Under the pieces are notes generated by a model, which saw only the letters and a program-made list of their open reading frames with translations, searched no databases and had not been told where the DNA came from. Made by a program: the position numbers and the translations under genes. Of a DNA stretch of 24,840 nucleotides, positions 8,967 to 18,090 are shown one piece after another. Source of the DNA: a virus (Duplodnaviria; Caudoviricetes); the IMG/VR virus record IMGVR_UViG_3300020239_000024, positions 1 through 24,840 of that record; one strand, 5' to 3'. Numbering within the stretch: position 1 is the stretch's first letter; each line of letters starts with the position of its first letter.

Positions 8967-11900
8967 CTATTCAACTAATGAAGCACCAGCTGCAGCTAGT
9001 CTTCTATTAAGTATATTAACTGGCCCAATCAATGGTGCAGTTTTAAATAATTTATATAAGCCTGTTTCCGTTTTCCCTTCTAGTACCTGGCCTGCTCCTG
9101 TTAAAGCTCTTGATACGTTTGATAAAGCTGCTGCTTCACCTGATACTGTATCAAAAATTTCTTCAACCATATTACTAGATGATGTTTCATAGATAGGAAA
9201 GAAAAAGTTAAGTGGTCTTTCAGCAACACCAATCATACCTGATGCGCCTATACCTCTTTGTATTTTTTCTAATCGATCTAAATAAGGTGTAGCTTGTCCA
9301 TACTTTAATAAATCTTTTAAGTATTGTGAAACAAAACCTAACATAATCATAGTAGTCATGATTGCAAAAGCATTATATTTTAATCTAGGTGTACCTCTCT
9401 TTACATAATCTCCCCACAATCTTGGTAATATATTTGCAGAAAATGTTGCAATAAAACCTTGGAACTGTGTAAATAAAGCTAAGTGTGGGTTCTGATAAAA
9501 CAATGGTCTGTTAGCTGTTCCTGGTAATGCGATAGCTTCATTAACAAAGTTGTATTCAGCTTGTGATAATATATCATCTAACCTTTCACTAGCTCTTCTC
9601 ATATCTGAAAGATGTTCTTCTCTAGTTTTATTAGCAGGTTTTTCAAATGGTAAACCATCAATTTCTAATAGCTCTGTAACATTTATACCTAGATTTCTTA
9701 ATTGTTCTTCAGCTTCTTGCTCTTCATTATTTTGTGGTCTGCCACTCATTCTACCTTCTTTAACAGTAGCTAAGTGATCCATAATAAAATCATCAGCAAT
9801 TGAAGCTCTTACATTACGTGTATAATCTGTCCACTGCTGTAAACCAATAACTCTAAAATACTTATCTAATAAATATCTTGAAGCAAAAGTATTTTCAGTA
9901 GCACCTGTAGTTTGTGCAGCACCTACATCCCAATCAAAGTAACCTAATCTTTTTAGGCGAGCCTGCCTTTCTTCTTTCTTAAGTCTAGCTTTAGTTCCTG
10001 TAGCTAACTTTAAATTAGGTGTGGGTGTAGTAATAGTTTCCCATATTGCTTGACCAAGTTCTCTACCAGCATTCTTTAATACACCTTGTATTTGTTCTGG
10101 TGATAGTGCTCTCATAGTCATCATAAATTCTACAAGCGATGATATAGTTGCTAATGGTAGTCCTGCAAGTGTAGTCCATACTAATACGTTCTTTTGTATT
10201 TTAGCAAGTGTTTCATTATCTATTTTCTTATAGTTACCTGATTCAGCATTAAGATAATCCTGTAAGAATGCTGCTAATCTATTAGCACGCTCTTCAGTTA
10301 TCTCACCCTTTTGTACAGCTTCATCAAGTACCTGATTGATAACTTCACCATTATCACCAACAAACTTCTGATACGTAGTATATCTAGCAGCAGATTTAGC
10401 AGCGTTACTAACATTTATAAACAAATCCTTTTCCATATATTTTTCAAACTTACCACTAGGATGTGTTGCTAATCCAAGCGTTCTTCCTTTATGTGAACCA
10501 GGAATATGTCTACCTCTACCAATATTAAAATCAGTTAAAGTATTATCATCTACAATATCATTATTATCTAATATAGCATCTGCTAATCTCTTAGCTTGAT
10601 CCTGTGTAAATTGAAATTCATCTTTAAGATCTTTAATAAATTCTGCTTTATTCTTTTCAACTTGTACTTTATCTAATGATTTATATGTACCTAAATAATT
10701 ATTTAAATAACCTACATCAAATCTTTTACCAGTTCTACTGCCATCTAAAAAGAATTCTCTTGCTGTCTTTTGATCTTTAAAAAGTTTATCACCAAGCTTT
10801 TGTAGTTGACTTGTAATTAATTTATAAAAATCTTTATCCTTTCTAAATTCCTCAGGTAAATTATCAAAGTCAACTTTACTTAGTTCTTGATCTTTAACAA
10901 CATCTCTATAAAATCTATATACCATATCTGATATAGTTAAAGTATCAATGTTCTTTTGTTTAAGCATACTAGCTGCGCCAGCTGGTGACATTATCTCTTC
11001 TTTATATTTAGCTAACTCACCTTGCTTATGCTCTTCAAAGTTTCTACCAGGATGCACTCTATGTAAGAATGCACCAAAGAAAGAACCAAGTTCTCTTATT
11101 GTAGGTGAGCCAACTGCATCTTGCCACATAGCATGACCAACAGATCCCCTCCATAATACAGGAAATTCTTTAGCCGCTGCTTTAATTTTTTCAAGAAGAT
11201 CTCTATCCTTTGCTTGCTTTCTACCGGCTTCATCTCTACCAGCAAAACTACTACGATCTATTACTTCACCATATGCTTCACGCTCTGCTTCACTTGTACG
11301 CTTAGCTTTTAATTTTTTTCTATAGCCATCAAGTAATTCCAAAGTATTTTTTGGTTTAACATATCTTGCAATAGTACCATCAGGATTTTTAATATTATAT
11401 TTATCTTCGTTTTCTTTTGCCCACTTACCTTCAGTAGATAATCTTTTTTCTTCAGCTGGTGCTAGTCTAACATTTACATCAGCCCATGCGCCAGCATCAT
11501 ATGCAGCTCCGGGTATTGCAAAGCCTGCACCTAATGTACCACCAGCTACAAAAGCATTTACTAATCTATTATGTAAGTCAACTGAGTTAAATGGTTTATC
11601 ACTACCATATACTGAAGCTAAGTATTGTGTAAGCTCTTGCCCAACTTCTGTAGTTGATTCTATACCAAAGCCTGTTGCAGATCTTGCAGCAAATGCTCGT
11701 AGTATATTACCATATGTTAATTGTTCTTTAGCAATTTGTGCAGCACTACCTATTAGCTTAGCTGATTCCATACGTGTCATTTTAGCTATAGCTGCTTTAG
11801 CCATTGCATCACTTACTTTCTGACCTGTTTTTTCAAACTCTTTTTTCTGATAAGCCTTAACCATTTTATCACGGTATTCTTTCTTTAATATTGTACCGCT

Positions 11901-13091
11901 TACACCACTCATTAAGGTTTTAATACCAAGCCTATCTAATACAGACATAGTAACACCAGAAGCTGTAGCTAATATAGCACTCTTATCTTCAGCATCACCT
12001 TCCATATCATTATATGTCATACCTGTATACATAGCTACCGGTGCTATCATACCTACAGGTGCTGTCATAGCGCCTGCAAATGTTACTCCCATATATGGTA
12101 ATGAAATAGCAGCCATGTTTCCTACGTATTCAAAGAAACCACTCAGCCCTCCAACATCCCATTCATTAGCAATAACATTACCTTCATCATCTAATGTAGG
12201 TTTTAGTATACTCATTTTTAATTCAGGCTTAGATCTTAAATAATCATGCTGTCTTTTAATACCAGCTGAACCAATCTCTGAGAACCAATCAAATCCTGAT
12301 TCTTCTCCAATCATATTAACAGCGCCGTACATTCCTTCAATAGCGCCTGTCCAACCTATATCAAAGCCATCAGCCCAAGGATGAAGTGATTTGTTTTGTA
12401 ATGTTCTATCACTATGCCTATTTAAAACCATAGAATCAGTATACTCAGCTGCCATTTTCTTTCTGAATGCAAACTCTGCAATAGATTCTCCAGGTTGTCT
12501 AGGTGCATTTAATCTAGCTAACTGCTGTTCATTCAATGCAATCTTAGCAAACTCTGAATCATACCATTGTTCTTTATCAGCAACTTGTTCTATTGTAAGT
12601 TGTGCTTGTTCAAACTCATCAAGTGGTTCATCAGAAAATTTATTTATTCTATCTGATTTACGTGCAGCTCCCCATTGATATGCATTAATTTCTTCAGGTG
12701 AACTAAACTTACCTAATTTATTTATCCCATATCTGCTTAATGTTTCTACAAAGTCTTTACCATTCTCATCAGTTATCCTAACTAATTGTCTAGTACCTGT
12801 AGCATCCATCTTAGGTGAGCCATCTGGATTTGTAAGTTTAATTACATTATTATAGTTAAACTTTTTAGCTAACCCTTCAATCTGTTCAGTAGCTGCTAAA
12901 CCACCAGGAGTTCCAGGAGCAAGCTCACCCTGTCCTGTAATATGCATAATCTCAGGTGCGCTTAATCCTTCTATTCTAAATAGCTTACCTTCTTTATCTG
13001 TTAATGTATCACCATCAATAAACTTATGTTCTTCCTGGTTTATTGCTTTAGGCATTACAAAATCAGAAGTATCTATATTATATAAAGCCAT
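8967..13091 (-). CDS. large internal virion/ejection protein (T7 gp16-like role) with N-terminal SNase-like domain
   Basis: N-terminal FIDGDTL..FRIEGLSAPE..DATGTR; Gly/Ala-rich hydrophobic segments; C-terminal LFTQFQGF followed by a hydrophobic helix; no Cys found; SD AGGAG. Confidence 0.7.
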   Translation of the reverse strand: MALYNIDTSDFVMPKAINQEEHKFIDGDTLTDKEGKLFRIEGLSAPEIMHITGQGELAPGTPGGLAATEQIEGLAKKFNYNNVIKLTNPDGSPKMDATGTRQLVRITDENGKDFVETLSRYGINKLGKFSSPEEINAYQWGAARKSDRINKFSDEPLDEFEQAQLTIEQVADKEQWYDSEFAKIALNEQQLARLNAPRQPGESIAEFAFRKKMAAEYTDSMVLNRHSDRTLQNKSLHPWADGFDIGWTGAIEGMYGAVNMIGEESGFDWFSEIGSAGIKRQHDYLRSKPELKMSILKPTLDDEGNVIANEWDVGGLSGFFEYVGNMAAISLPYMGVTFAGAMTAPVGMIAPVAMYTGMTYNDMEGDAEDKSAILATASGVTMSVLDRLGIKTLMSGVSGTILKKEYRDKMVKAYQKKEFEKTGQKVSDAMAKAAIAKMTRMESAKLIGSAAQIAKEQLTYGNILRAFAARSATGFGIESTTEVGQELTQYLASVYGSDKPFNSVDLHNRLVNAFVAGGTLGAGFAIPGAAYDAGAWADVNVRLAPAEEKRLSTEGKWAKENEDKYNIKNPDGTIARYVKPKNTLELLDGYRKKLKAKRTSEAEREAYGEVIDRSSFAGRDEAGRKQAKDRDLLEKIKAAAKEFPVLWRGSVGHAMWQDAVGSPTIRELGSFFGAFLHRVHPGRNFEEHKQGELAKYKEEIMSPAGAASMLKQKNIDTLTISDMVYRFYRDVVKDQELSKVDFDNLPEEFRKDKDFYKLITSQLQKLGDKLFKDQKTAREFFLDGSRTGKRFDVGYLNNYLGTYKSLDKVQVEKNKAEFIKDLKDEFQFTQDQAKRLADAILDNNDIVDDNTLTDFNIGRGRHIPGSHKGRTLGLATHPSGKFEKYMEKDLFINVSNAAKSAARYTTYQKFVGDNGEVINQVLDEAVQKGEITEERANRLAAFLQDYLNAESGNYKKIDNETLAKIQKNVLVWTTLAGLPLATISSLVEFMMTMRALSPEQIQGVLKNAGRELGQAIWETITTPTPNLKLATGTKARLKKEERQARLKRLGYFDWDVGAAQTTGATENTFASRYLLDKYFRVIGLQQWTDYTRNVRASIADDFIMDHLATVKEGRMSGRPQNNEEQEAEEQLRNLGINVTELLEIDGLPFEKPANKTREEHLSDMRRASERLDDILSQAEYNFVNEAIALPGTANRPLFYQNPHLALFTQFQGFIATFSANILPRLWGDYVKRGTPRLKYNAFAIMTTMIMLGFVSQYLKDLLKYGQATPYLDRLEKIQRGIGASGMIGVAERPLNFFFPIYETSSSNMVEEIFDTVSGEAAALSNVSRALTGAGQVLEGKTETGLYKLFKTAPLIGPVNILNRRLAAAGASLVE

Positions 13092-13099
13092 ATAAACTC

Positions 13100-16000
13100 C
13101 TACTGATTAGCCATTCCTTCCATTATATTTTCTAAGTATACTTGTCCAAATAATGCAAACGGTGTTATGTTTTCACCTGAATCAATAACATGCTGCTCAA
13201 ATATTTTTCTCCAAGGTTTACCAGATTCTTTATCATTTCCTTTATATACTTTAGCAACAGTATTCCAAAATCTATTTACATCTCCTGTAACATTATTAAT
13301 CTTACCATTTAATATTACAAGTTCAGATGGATTCATTTCAATTTTATTACCATTAACTATAGCAGTTGAAACAGGTGGTACACCTTTAAGATTATCTAGT
13401 CTTTGTTTAATAGTAGCTTCTTCTAAGTAAGGTATTAAAGAAGTTATGCTGACATCAATACCTTGGGCTTCAGCTTCTTTAGCAGCTTCAATAGCCATAT
13501 TCCATGCTTGCTGAATACCAGGCCCCATTTTATAAACTTGAAACCCATTTTTATCTGCCCATGCTGCAACTTCTCTAGCAGCAAACTCAGGTTCAATATC
13601 AGTCGTATAAACGTTTTGCATAATACCTTTATCGATATTCCTTTCTTTAGTTTTATCTTTACCTTCTTTAAAAGCTTTCATTTGACCTACTATTCTATCA
13701 GCAGCTTTATTAATCTTTTCCTCATACTCAGGAGCGTTAGGTACATCAGAACCATCAGAAGTCCAAGCGCTACTAACTCTTTGCTTTACATCACCGCCAT
13801 CTTTATCCCATGACCAGTAAGTAAAGTCATCACCTTGAGCATTCTTTTTCTTAAACTTATAAGCAACCCTTGCTTGACCTGCTGCATTATAATAAGTTTT
13901 CTCTTCGCCTTGAGGTCTAGGTGTAGAGCCAATAGGTGTAAGCATATTAGGATCGCCAGTTCTTTTATAATCAGCAAGTGATTTCTTAGTATACTTACCA
14001 GCATTTTCTTTAATAAACTTATCCATAAGAGCATTCTTTGTATCAACTCTTTTAAGATAGTTCTTTGCTACATAACCTATAGTATCATTATGATCATAGC
14101 CTAATGCTCTTGATGCTAAGTAAATTGCAATACCTCTTCCAAGCTCTTGGCCATCTATTAAATCACCAAACAAAAAGTTAAGTACTCCTTTAGCTTGCTC
14201 ATATGCAGGTGTACCCTGACTCTGATTAGCATCATTCTGAGCAGCCTTACCAGCATCACTATTTAAATCTTGATTTAGTTCCGCTTCTTTAGCAGTATTT
14301 AAATTGTTTGCAACGGCTGCTAACTTAGATTGACTTTCTTCTAATGGTGTAGTTACTTCTGTTGTATCTTCTTGTTTATTTAAATCATCTAAAGCCTGTG
14401 AAGCTACAGTCTTTTCTGTTTCAGTTGTTTCATCAGAAGAAATAACTTGCTCTAAAGCAGCTTTATTAGCTTCCTTTTGTATTTCTTCTTTAGCCGCTTC
14501 AACATTAGGAACAAAGTCTGAGGTTGCTCTAAATTCTTCTAAGGCTTGTGTTTTCTTAAGATCTTTAATTTGATCTTCAAGTTTATTAACAATCTTTCTT
14601 GAAGTTTCTAACATTTTCGGATTAGGTTTAACGTCACGGTATATAGTTAAATTCTTCATTTCATTATCAAGCATTTGTTGTTTTTCAGCTATTTGAGCTG
14701 CTATACCAACATCAGTAGGTAACATTAAATTTGAAAGTATATCACCTTCCATTTGAAGCATATTAGGTTTTGTTACTCCCATACTTACAGGCTTATCTAC
14801 TTTTAATAGTTCATCACCAGTTTCTTGATCATACATATCTGGGTCAAGTCCTAAAGGATCTAAAGTAGCAGGTACATTATCTTGTCTTATACCACCTATT
14901 AAATTATCTTCTGCTGGATCTTCAAATGCAGGTATATCTCTAAGCATTTCTGTTCCACCACCTATACCTTGCGGATCATATGATTCTACATAATTATCTG
15001 ATGGTAAAGACATATCCATTGACATAGTAGTAGTATCATCTGCAGGTACTTCCATAGAACTTAATGAATTAGGTTTAGGTATATTATTATCTGATCCAAA
15101 TATAAGATCCATTATACCATCTTTATCATCTAATGTAGGATATACTATACCACCTGGATCTAAGTGTTGCACTTTGCCGCCATCACTTTTTCTATCAAAT
15201 ATTCCTGAACGCTCGGGCATTTCAAATTTATTAGAAGAAAAATTTAAAGTAGGCAAACCAATACCTTTTGGATCTACAAAATCTTTTACCTTTTCAGCAA
15301 AGCTACTAGCTTTTTTCTTAATATTACTAATAGGATTAGGAATATCACTAAGACTGGGTACTGATATATTTACGTCTTTAAATTTATCTTTTAAAGTTTT
15401 ACTAAGGCCAGGATCTACAGGATCTAAAGAACCACTTTCAATAAGGCTATACATATTTTTAGTATCTTTTATTCTATCTTTATATTGTTTTGGTTTTAAT
15501 TTCTTTTCTCCTGGATTAAGCATGTGATCTACTATTATAGAAGACTGCTCTGCTAAACTAGCTTTAGGATTATTTAAGACTGTTCTTATACTTGCAGCAT
15601 TACCAGGACCTATAAAATATCCATCTTCATTATTAGGATTTGGTACACCACCTTTAGTATATATAGCATCTAACATAAAATCTAATTGATTTTCAGGAGA
15701 ATCAAAAGACATTATTTTATTACGCACACCACTAATAGGTGCTCCAGGAGCAGGTGTATCTGGTTGTATATCATATTTATTTACAAGCCAATTCATATAA
15801 GGAGATAATAGTCTTTGAGATCCAGGAGTAAGCTGTATTAATCCATAGCCTTGGTCTTCAGGTCTAGCTCCTTTTTCTTTTTGTTGATAGTCAAAAGTGC
15901 CGCCAGTTTCATGATTAATATTTCCCATAATAGCAGCAATAGCTTTATCAGATAAATCTTTATTTTTTAAATGCTTATAAATTCTTCTTTGATTATCTAA

Positions 16001-16288
16001 TACTTCTTTACCTTCAGCAGCATACTCAGGTTTCATATCTTGAATCTTTCTGCCTTCATCATTTATCTTTTTGATTAATGGTCCATACATATCTGTTGCT
16101 TCTTTATTAACAACAAATTCACCAGGAGTAAGCCAAGCTGGTACAGTATCAGTACCTTTAGGTTCTCCAGGATGATCGTACATGGGTACAGCTGAAGTCA
16201 TAGGAGGAACTTCTAGCTGATTATCCATTGTGATCTCTAGAGATTTCATATTACCATAGCGGTCTTTTTGAGTGGCTTTATATTTCAT
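13100..16288 (-). CDS. internal virion protein with phage-tail-lysozyme (Phage_lysozyme2-like) domain
   Basis: IYKHLKNKDLSDKAIAAIMGNINHETGG...GYGLIQLT...QLDFM lysozyme-like signature; DTVPAWLTPGEFVV motif; acidic/Pro-rich linker and coiled coil; no Cys found. Confidence 0.7.
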   Translation of the reverse strand: MKYKATQKDRYGNMKSLEITMDNQLEVPPMTSAVPMYDHPGEPKGTDTVPAWLTPGEFVVNKEATDMYGPLIKKINDEGRKIQDMKPEYAAEGKEVLDNQRRIYKHLKNKDLSDKAIAAIMGNINHETGGTFDYQQKEKGARPEDQGYGLIQLTPGSQRLLSPYMNWLVNKYDIQPDTPAPGAPISGVRNKIMSFDSPENQLDFMLDAIYTKGGVPNPNNEDGYFIGPGNAASIRTVLNNPKASLAEQSSIIVDHMLNPGEKKLKPKQYKDRIKDTKNMYSLIESGSLDPVDPGLSKTLKDKFKDVNISVPSLSDIPNPISNIKKKASSFAEKVKDFVDPKGIGLPTLNFSSNKFEMPERSGIFDRKSDGGKVQHLDPGGIVYPTLDDKDGIMDLIFGSDNNIPKPNSLSSMEVPADDTTTMSMDMSLPSDNYVESYDPQGIGGGTEMLRDIPAFEDPAEDNLIGGIRQDNVPATLDPLGLDPDMYDQETGDELLKVDKPVSMGVTKPNMLQMEGDILSNLMLPTDVGIAAQIAEKQQMLDNEMKNLTIYRDVKPNPKMLETSRKIVNKLEDQIKDLKKTQALEEFRATSDFVPNVEAAKEEIQKEANKAALEQVISSDETTETEKTVASQALDDLNKQEDTTEVTTPLEESQSKLAAVANNLNTAKEAELNQDLNSDAGKAAQNDANQSQGTPAYEQAKGVLNFLFGDLIDGQELGRGIAIYLASRALGYDHNDTIGYVAKNYLKRVDTKNALMDKFIKENAGKYTKKSLADYKRTGDPNMLTPIGSTPRPQGEEKTYYNAAGQARVAYKFKKKNAQGDDFTYWSWDKDGGDVKQRVSSAWTSDGSDVPNAPEYEEKINKAADRIVGQMKAFKEGKDKTKERNIDKGIMQNVYTTDIEPEFAAREVAAWADKNGFQVYKMGPGIQQAWNMAIEAAKEAEAQGIDVSITSLIPYLEEATIKQRLDNLKGVPPVSTAIVNGNKIEMNPSELVILNGKINNVTGDVNRFWNTVAKVYKGNDKESGKPWRKIFEQHVIDSGENITPFALFGQVYLENIMEGMANQ

Positions 16289-16289
16289 A

Positions 16290-16799
16290 CTAAACTCCTT
16301 TAGACAAAGGTCCCATATTCACTTCGTATTCGTGTGTAACATCCCCACCATGTGTTTTATATTTTACTTTTGATAGATTGCCTAGGGGTCCAACTAAACC
16401 ACCCATATTAAATAACTTAAACGCTTTACCTAATACAGCAGCACCAGCTAACCATGGTGCAGCCGCAGCCATCATGGGCATAGCACCAGCAAGTCCAGTA
16501 GCTCCAGTAGCACCAGCTAAATTTCCTGCAGCTGCAGCTCCTGGTCCTGCTAAAAGACTCTGTCCTGCTCCTGCAGCAGTATGAGGTGCAAACATAGTAC
16601 CTAGTTTACCCATTGCCATATTAGCGCCTTTCATTCCAACCTTACCAGCTATATCAGCACCAGCCGCTTCACCTACTGTTTGTAATGGACCTTTTTGCGG
16701 TGGAGCAACTGGTTGTGGGTTTGGTTGAAATCTTGCTTTTTGAGCAGCCATTTGTTTTATTCTTTCTGCGTCATAAGGACTAGCTAATTGTACAACCAT
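16290..16799 (-). CDS. small Ala/Gly-rich internal virion (ejection) protein
   Basis: Long Ala/Gly/Met hydrophobic stretch typical of membrane-inserting ejection proteins; position in the cluster; coupled to its neighbours. Confidence 0.55.
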   Translation of the reverse strand: MVVQLASPYDAERIKQMAAQKARFQPNPQPVAPPQKGPLQTVGEAAGADIAGKVGMKGANMAMGKLGTMFAPHTAAGAGQSLLAGPGAAAAGNLAGATGATGLAGAMPMMAAAAPWLAGAAVLGKAFKLFNMGGLVGPLGNLSKVKYKTHGGDVTHEYEVNMGPLSKGV

Positions 16800-17434
16800 T
16801 ATTTACCTCCACCACCAGTTGTGGTCTGTGTTTGTTTTTGTGGAGCAGATCCTAAATAACCAAAGTATCTAGCGGCAGCTGTATCAGGAGCATCTAATCT
16901 TTGCTGTGCATATTGTTGTCTAGCACTTCCAACATCTCCTAAACCTTTAATACCTGCTGCTTTCCCTGCTATATATTGATCTTTCATTCCTAAACCTGAC
17001 ATAATATCAGCTTGTCTTTGTTGTTGAAATTGCATTGATCTATCTGCTAATGCACCTTGCATAGCTTTTTCAGCACGTGCAGAGCCTAATGCTCCACTCA
17101 TAGCTGCTTGACCAGATGCTGATCCCATAACATTTTGTAAATCTCTATTACGTGCAGCAGTATAATCATATTCACCAGTACCTGCAAGAGCTCTACTATA
17201 CATTTCTTTTTTAGCAGGATCACCAGCCATTGTTTCTCTAGATAAAGATTCTTGAGCAGCTAATGCATCTTTTTGTGCTTGTGTCATACCGGCTACTATA
17301 GAATCTGGATCTCCTCTAGTATCTTTATATCTTTGTGTTACGTCTGCTAAAACTTCTTCAAGATAAGGTTTAAACTCTTCATCTATACCGGAAGTAGTTA
17401 CAGATTGTTGTGGCGCGCTTCTTCCTCCACCCAT
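16799..17434 (-). CDS. putative internal virion / DNA-pilot protein
   Basis: MGGG...QQSVTTS N-terminus, Gln/Ala-rich helices, GALGSARA motif, TQTTTGGGGK end; follows the GNAT-like gene as in many podoviruses. Confidence 0.55.
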   Translation of the reverse strand: MGGGRSAPQQSVTTSGIDEEFKPYLEEVLADVTQRYKDTRGDPDSIVAGMTQAQKDALAAQESLSRETMAGDPAKKEMYSRALAGTGEYDYTAARNRDLQNVMGSASGQAAMSGALGSARAEKAMQGALADRSMQFQQQRQADIMSGLGMKDQYIAGKAAGIKGLGDVGSARQQYAQQRLDAPDTAAARYFGYLGSAPQKQTQTTTGGGGK

Positions 17435-17437
17435 AAT

Positions 17438-17911
17438 TTATTCTCCTATGATACCTCTTATCGAAGTACTTAATTTAGCATTATATCTTTTTGCTAATAG
17501 TTTTCCATATCTCAATGAATCACTTTCCCCTCTCACTGAGTCTGCCCTCCAGTGTTTACCACCATGTTTCTTAGTATGCTCTATCATAGCATCAAATAAT
17601 TTATATACTACATAAGCATTATTTTTGTTTTCTAAATTTACAATACAATCTTTAACATCCATTATATATTTATTATTATAGTAATTATTATATGATTGTG
17701 CTGTTAAAAATCCTTGTATGTTATGTTCAGTGTAATAACCTATTGCTAAGTAATGTGGATTTGTTTTTTGATATTCAACTATATCTAAAAAGTATCTCAT
17801 CCATACAGCTTCATTATATTCAAAACCATGAAACTCACCGTTAATTGTAACATACTCTTTCATTAAACGTATAGCGTCTAATGTATCGTTATCCTCTATT
17901 AATCTAATCAT
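17438..17911 (-). CDS. GNAT-fold-like protein (position of T7 gp13-type virion assembly protein)
   Basis: MIRLIEDND start, IQGFL strand and KLFDAMIEHTKKHGG helix fit an acetyltransferase-like pattern; lies between tail and ejection genes. Confidence 0.55.
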   Translation of the reverse strand: MIRLIEDNDTLDAIRLMKEYVTINGEFHGFEYNEAVWMRYFLDIVEYQKTNPHYLAIGYYTEHNIQGFLTAQSYNNYYNNKYIMDVKDCIVNLENKNNAYVVYKLFDAMIEHTKKHGGKHWRADSVRGESDSLRYGKLLAKRYNAKLSTSIRGIIGE

Positions 17912-18090
17912 TTTTTATCAAATTCTTCCTTAATTTTAACACCTTCCTGATAGTCATCATCAGTAGAGTTATAATGTTTAATACTTAATGTTACATTTTC
18001 TTCATCAATTTTTCCAATACTATGTACAGAAATTCCAGGAAAATCTCCTATATCATCTTGTATTACGTTTACTATATCTCCAACTTTCAT
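17908..18090 (-). CDS. hypothetical protein (60 aa)
   Basis: MKVGDIV start; stop/start overlaps on both sides (TAATG, ATGA). Confidence 0.55.
   Translation of the reverse strand: MKVGDIVNVIQDDIGDFPGISVHSIGKIDEENVTLSIKHYNSTDDDYQEGVKIKEEFDKK

Noticed and set aside
5230-16288. Stop-codon readthrough or recoding joining the three large ORFs into one N4-like polyprotein
   Set aside because: Each ORF has its own AGGAG SD and ATG, the 8-nt gaps put adjacent ORFs out of frame, and TAG/TGA/TAA all behave as normal stops elsewhere.
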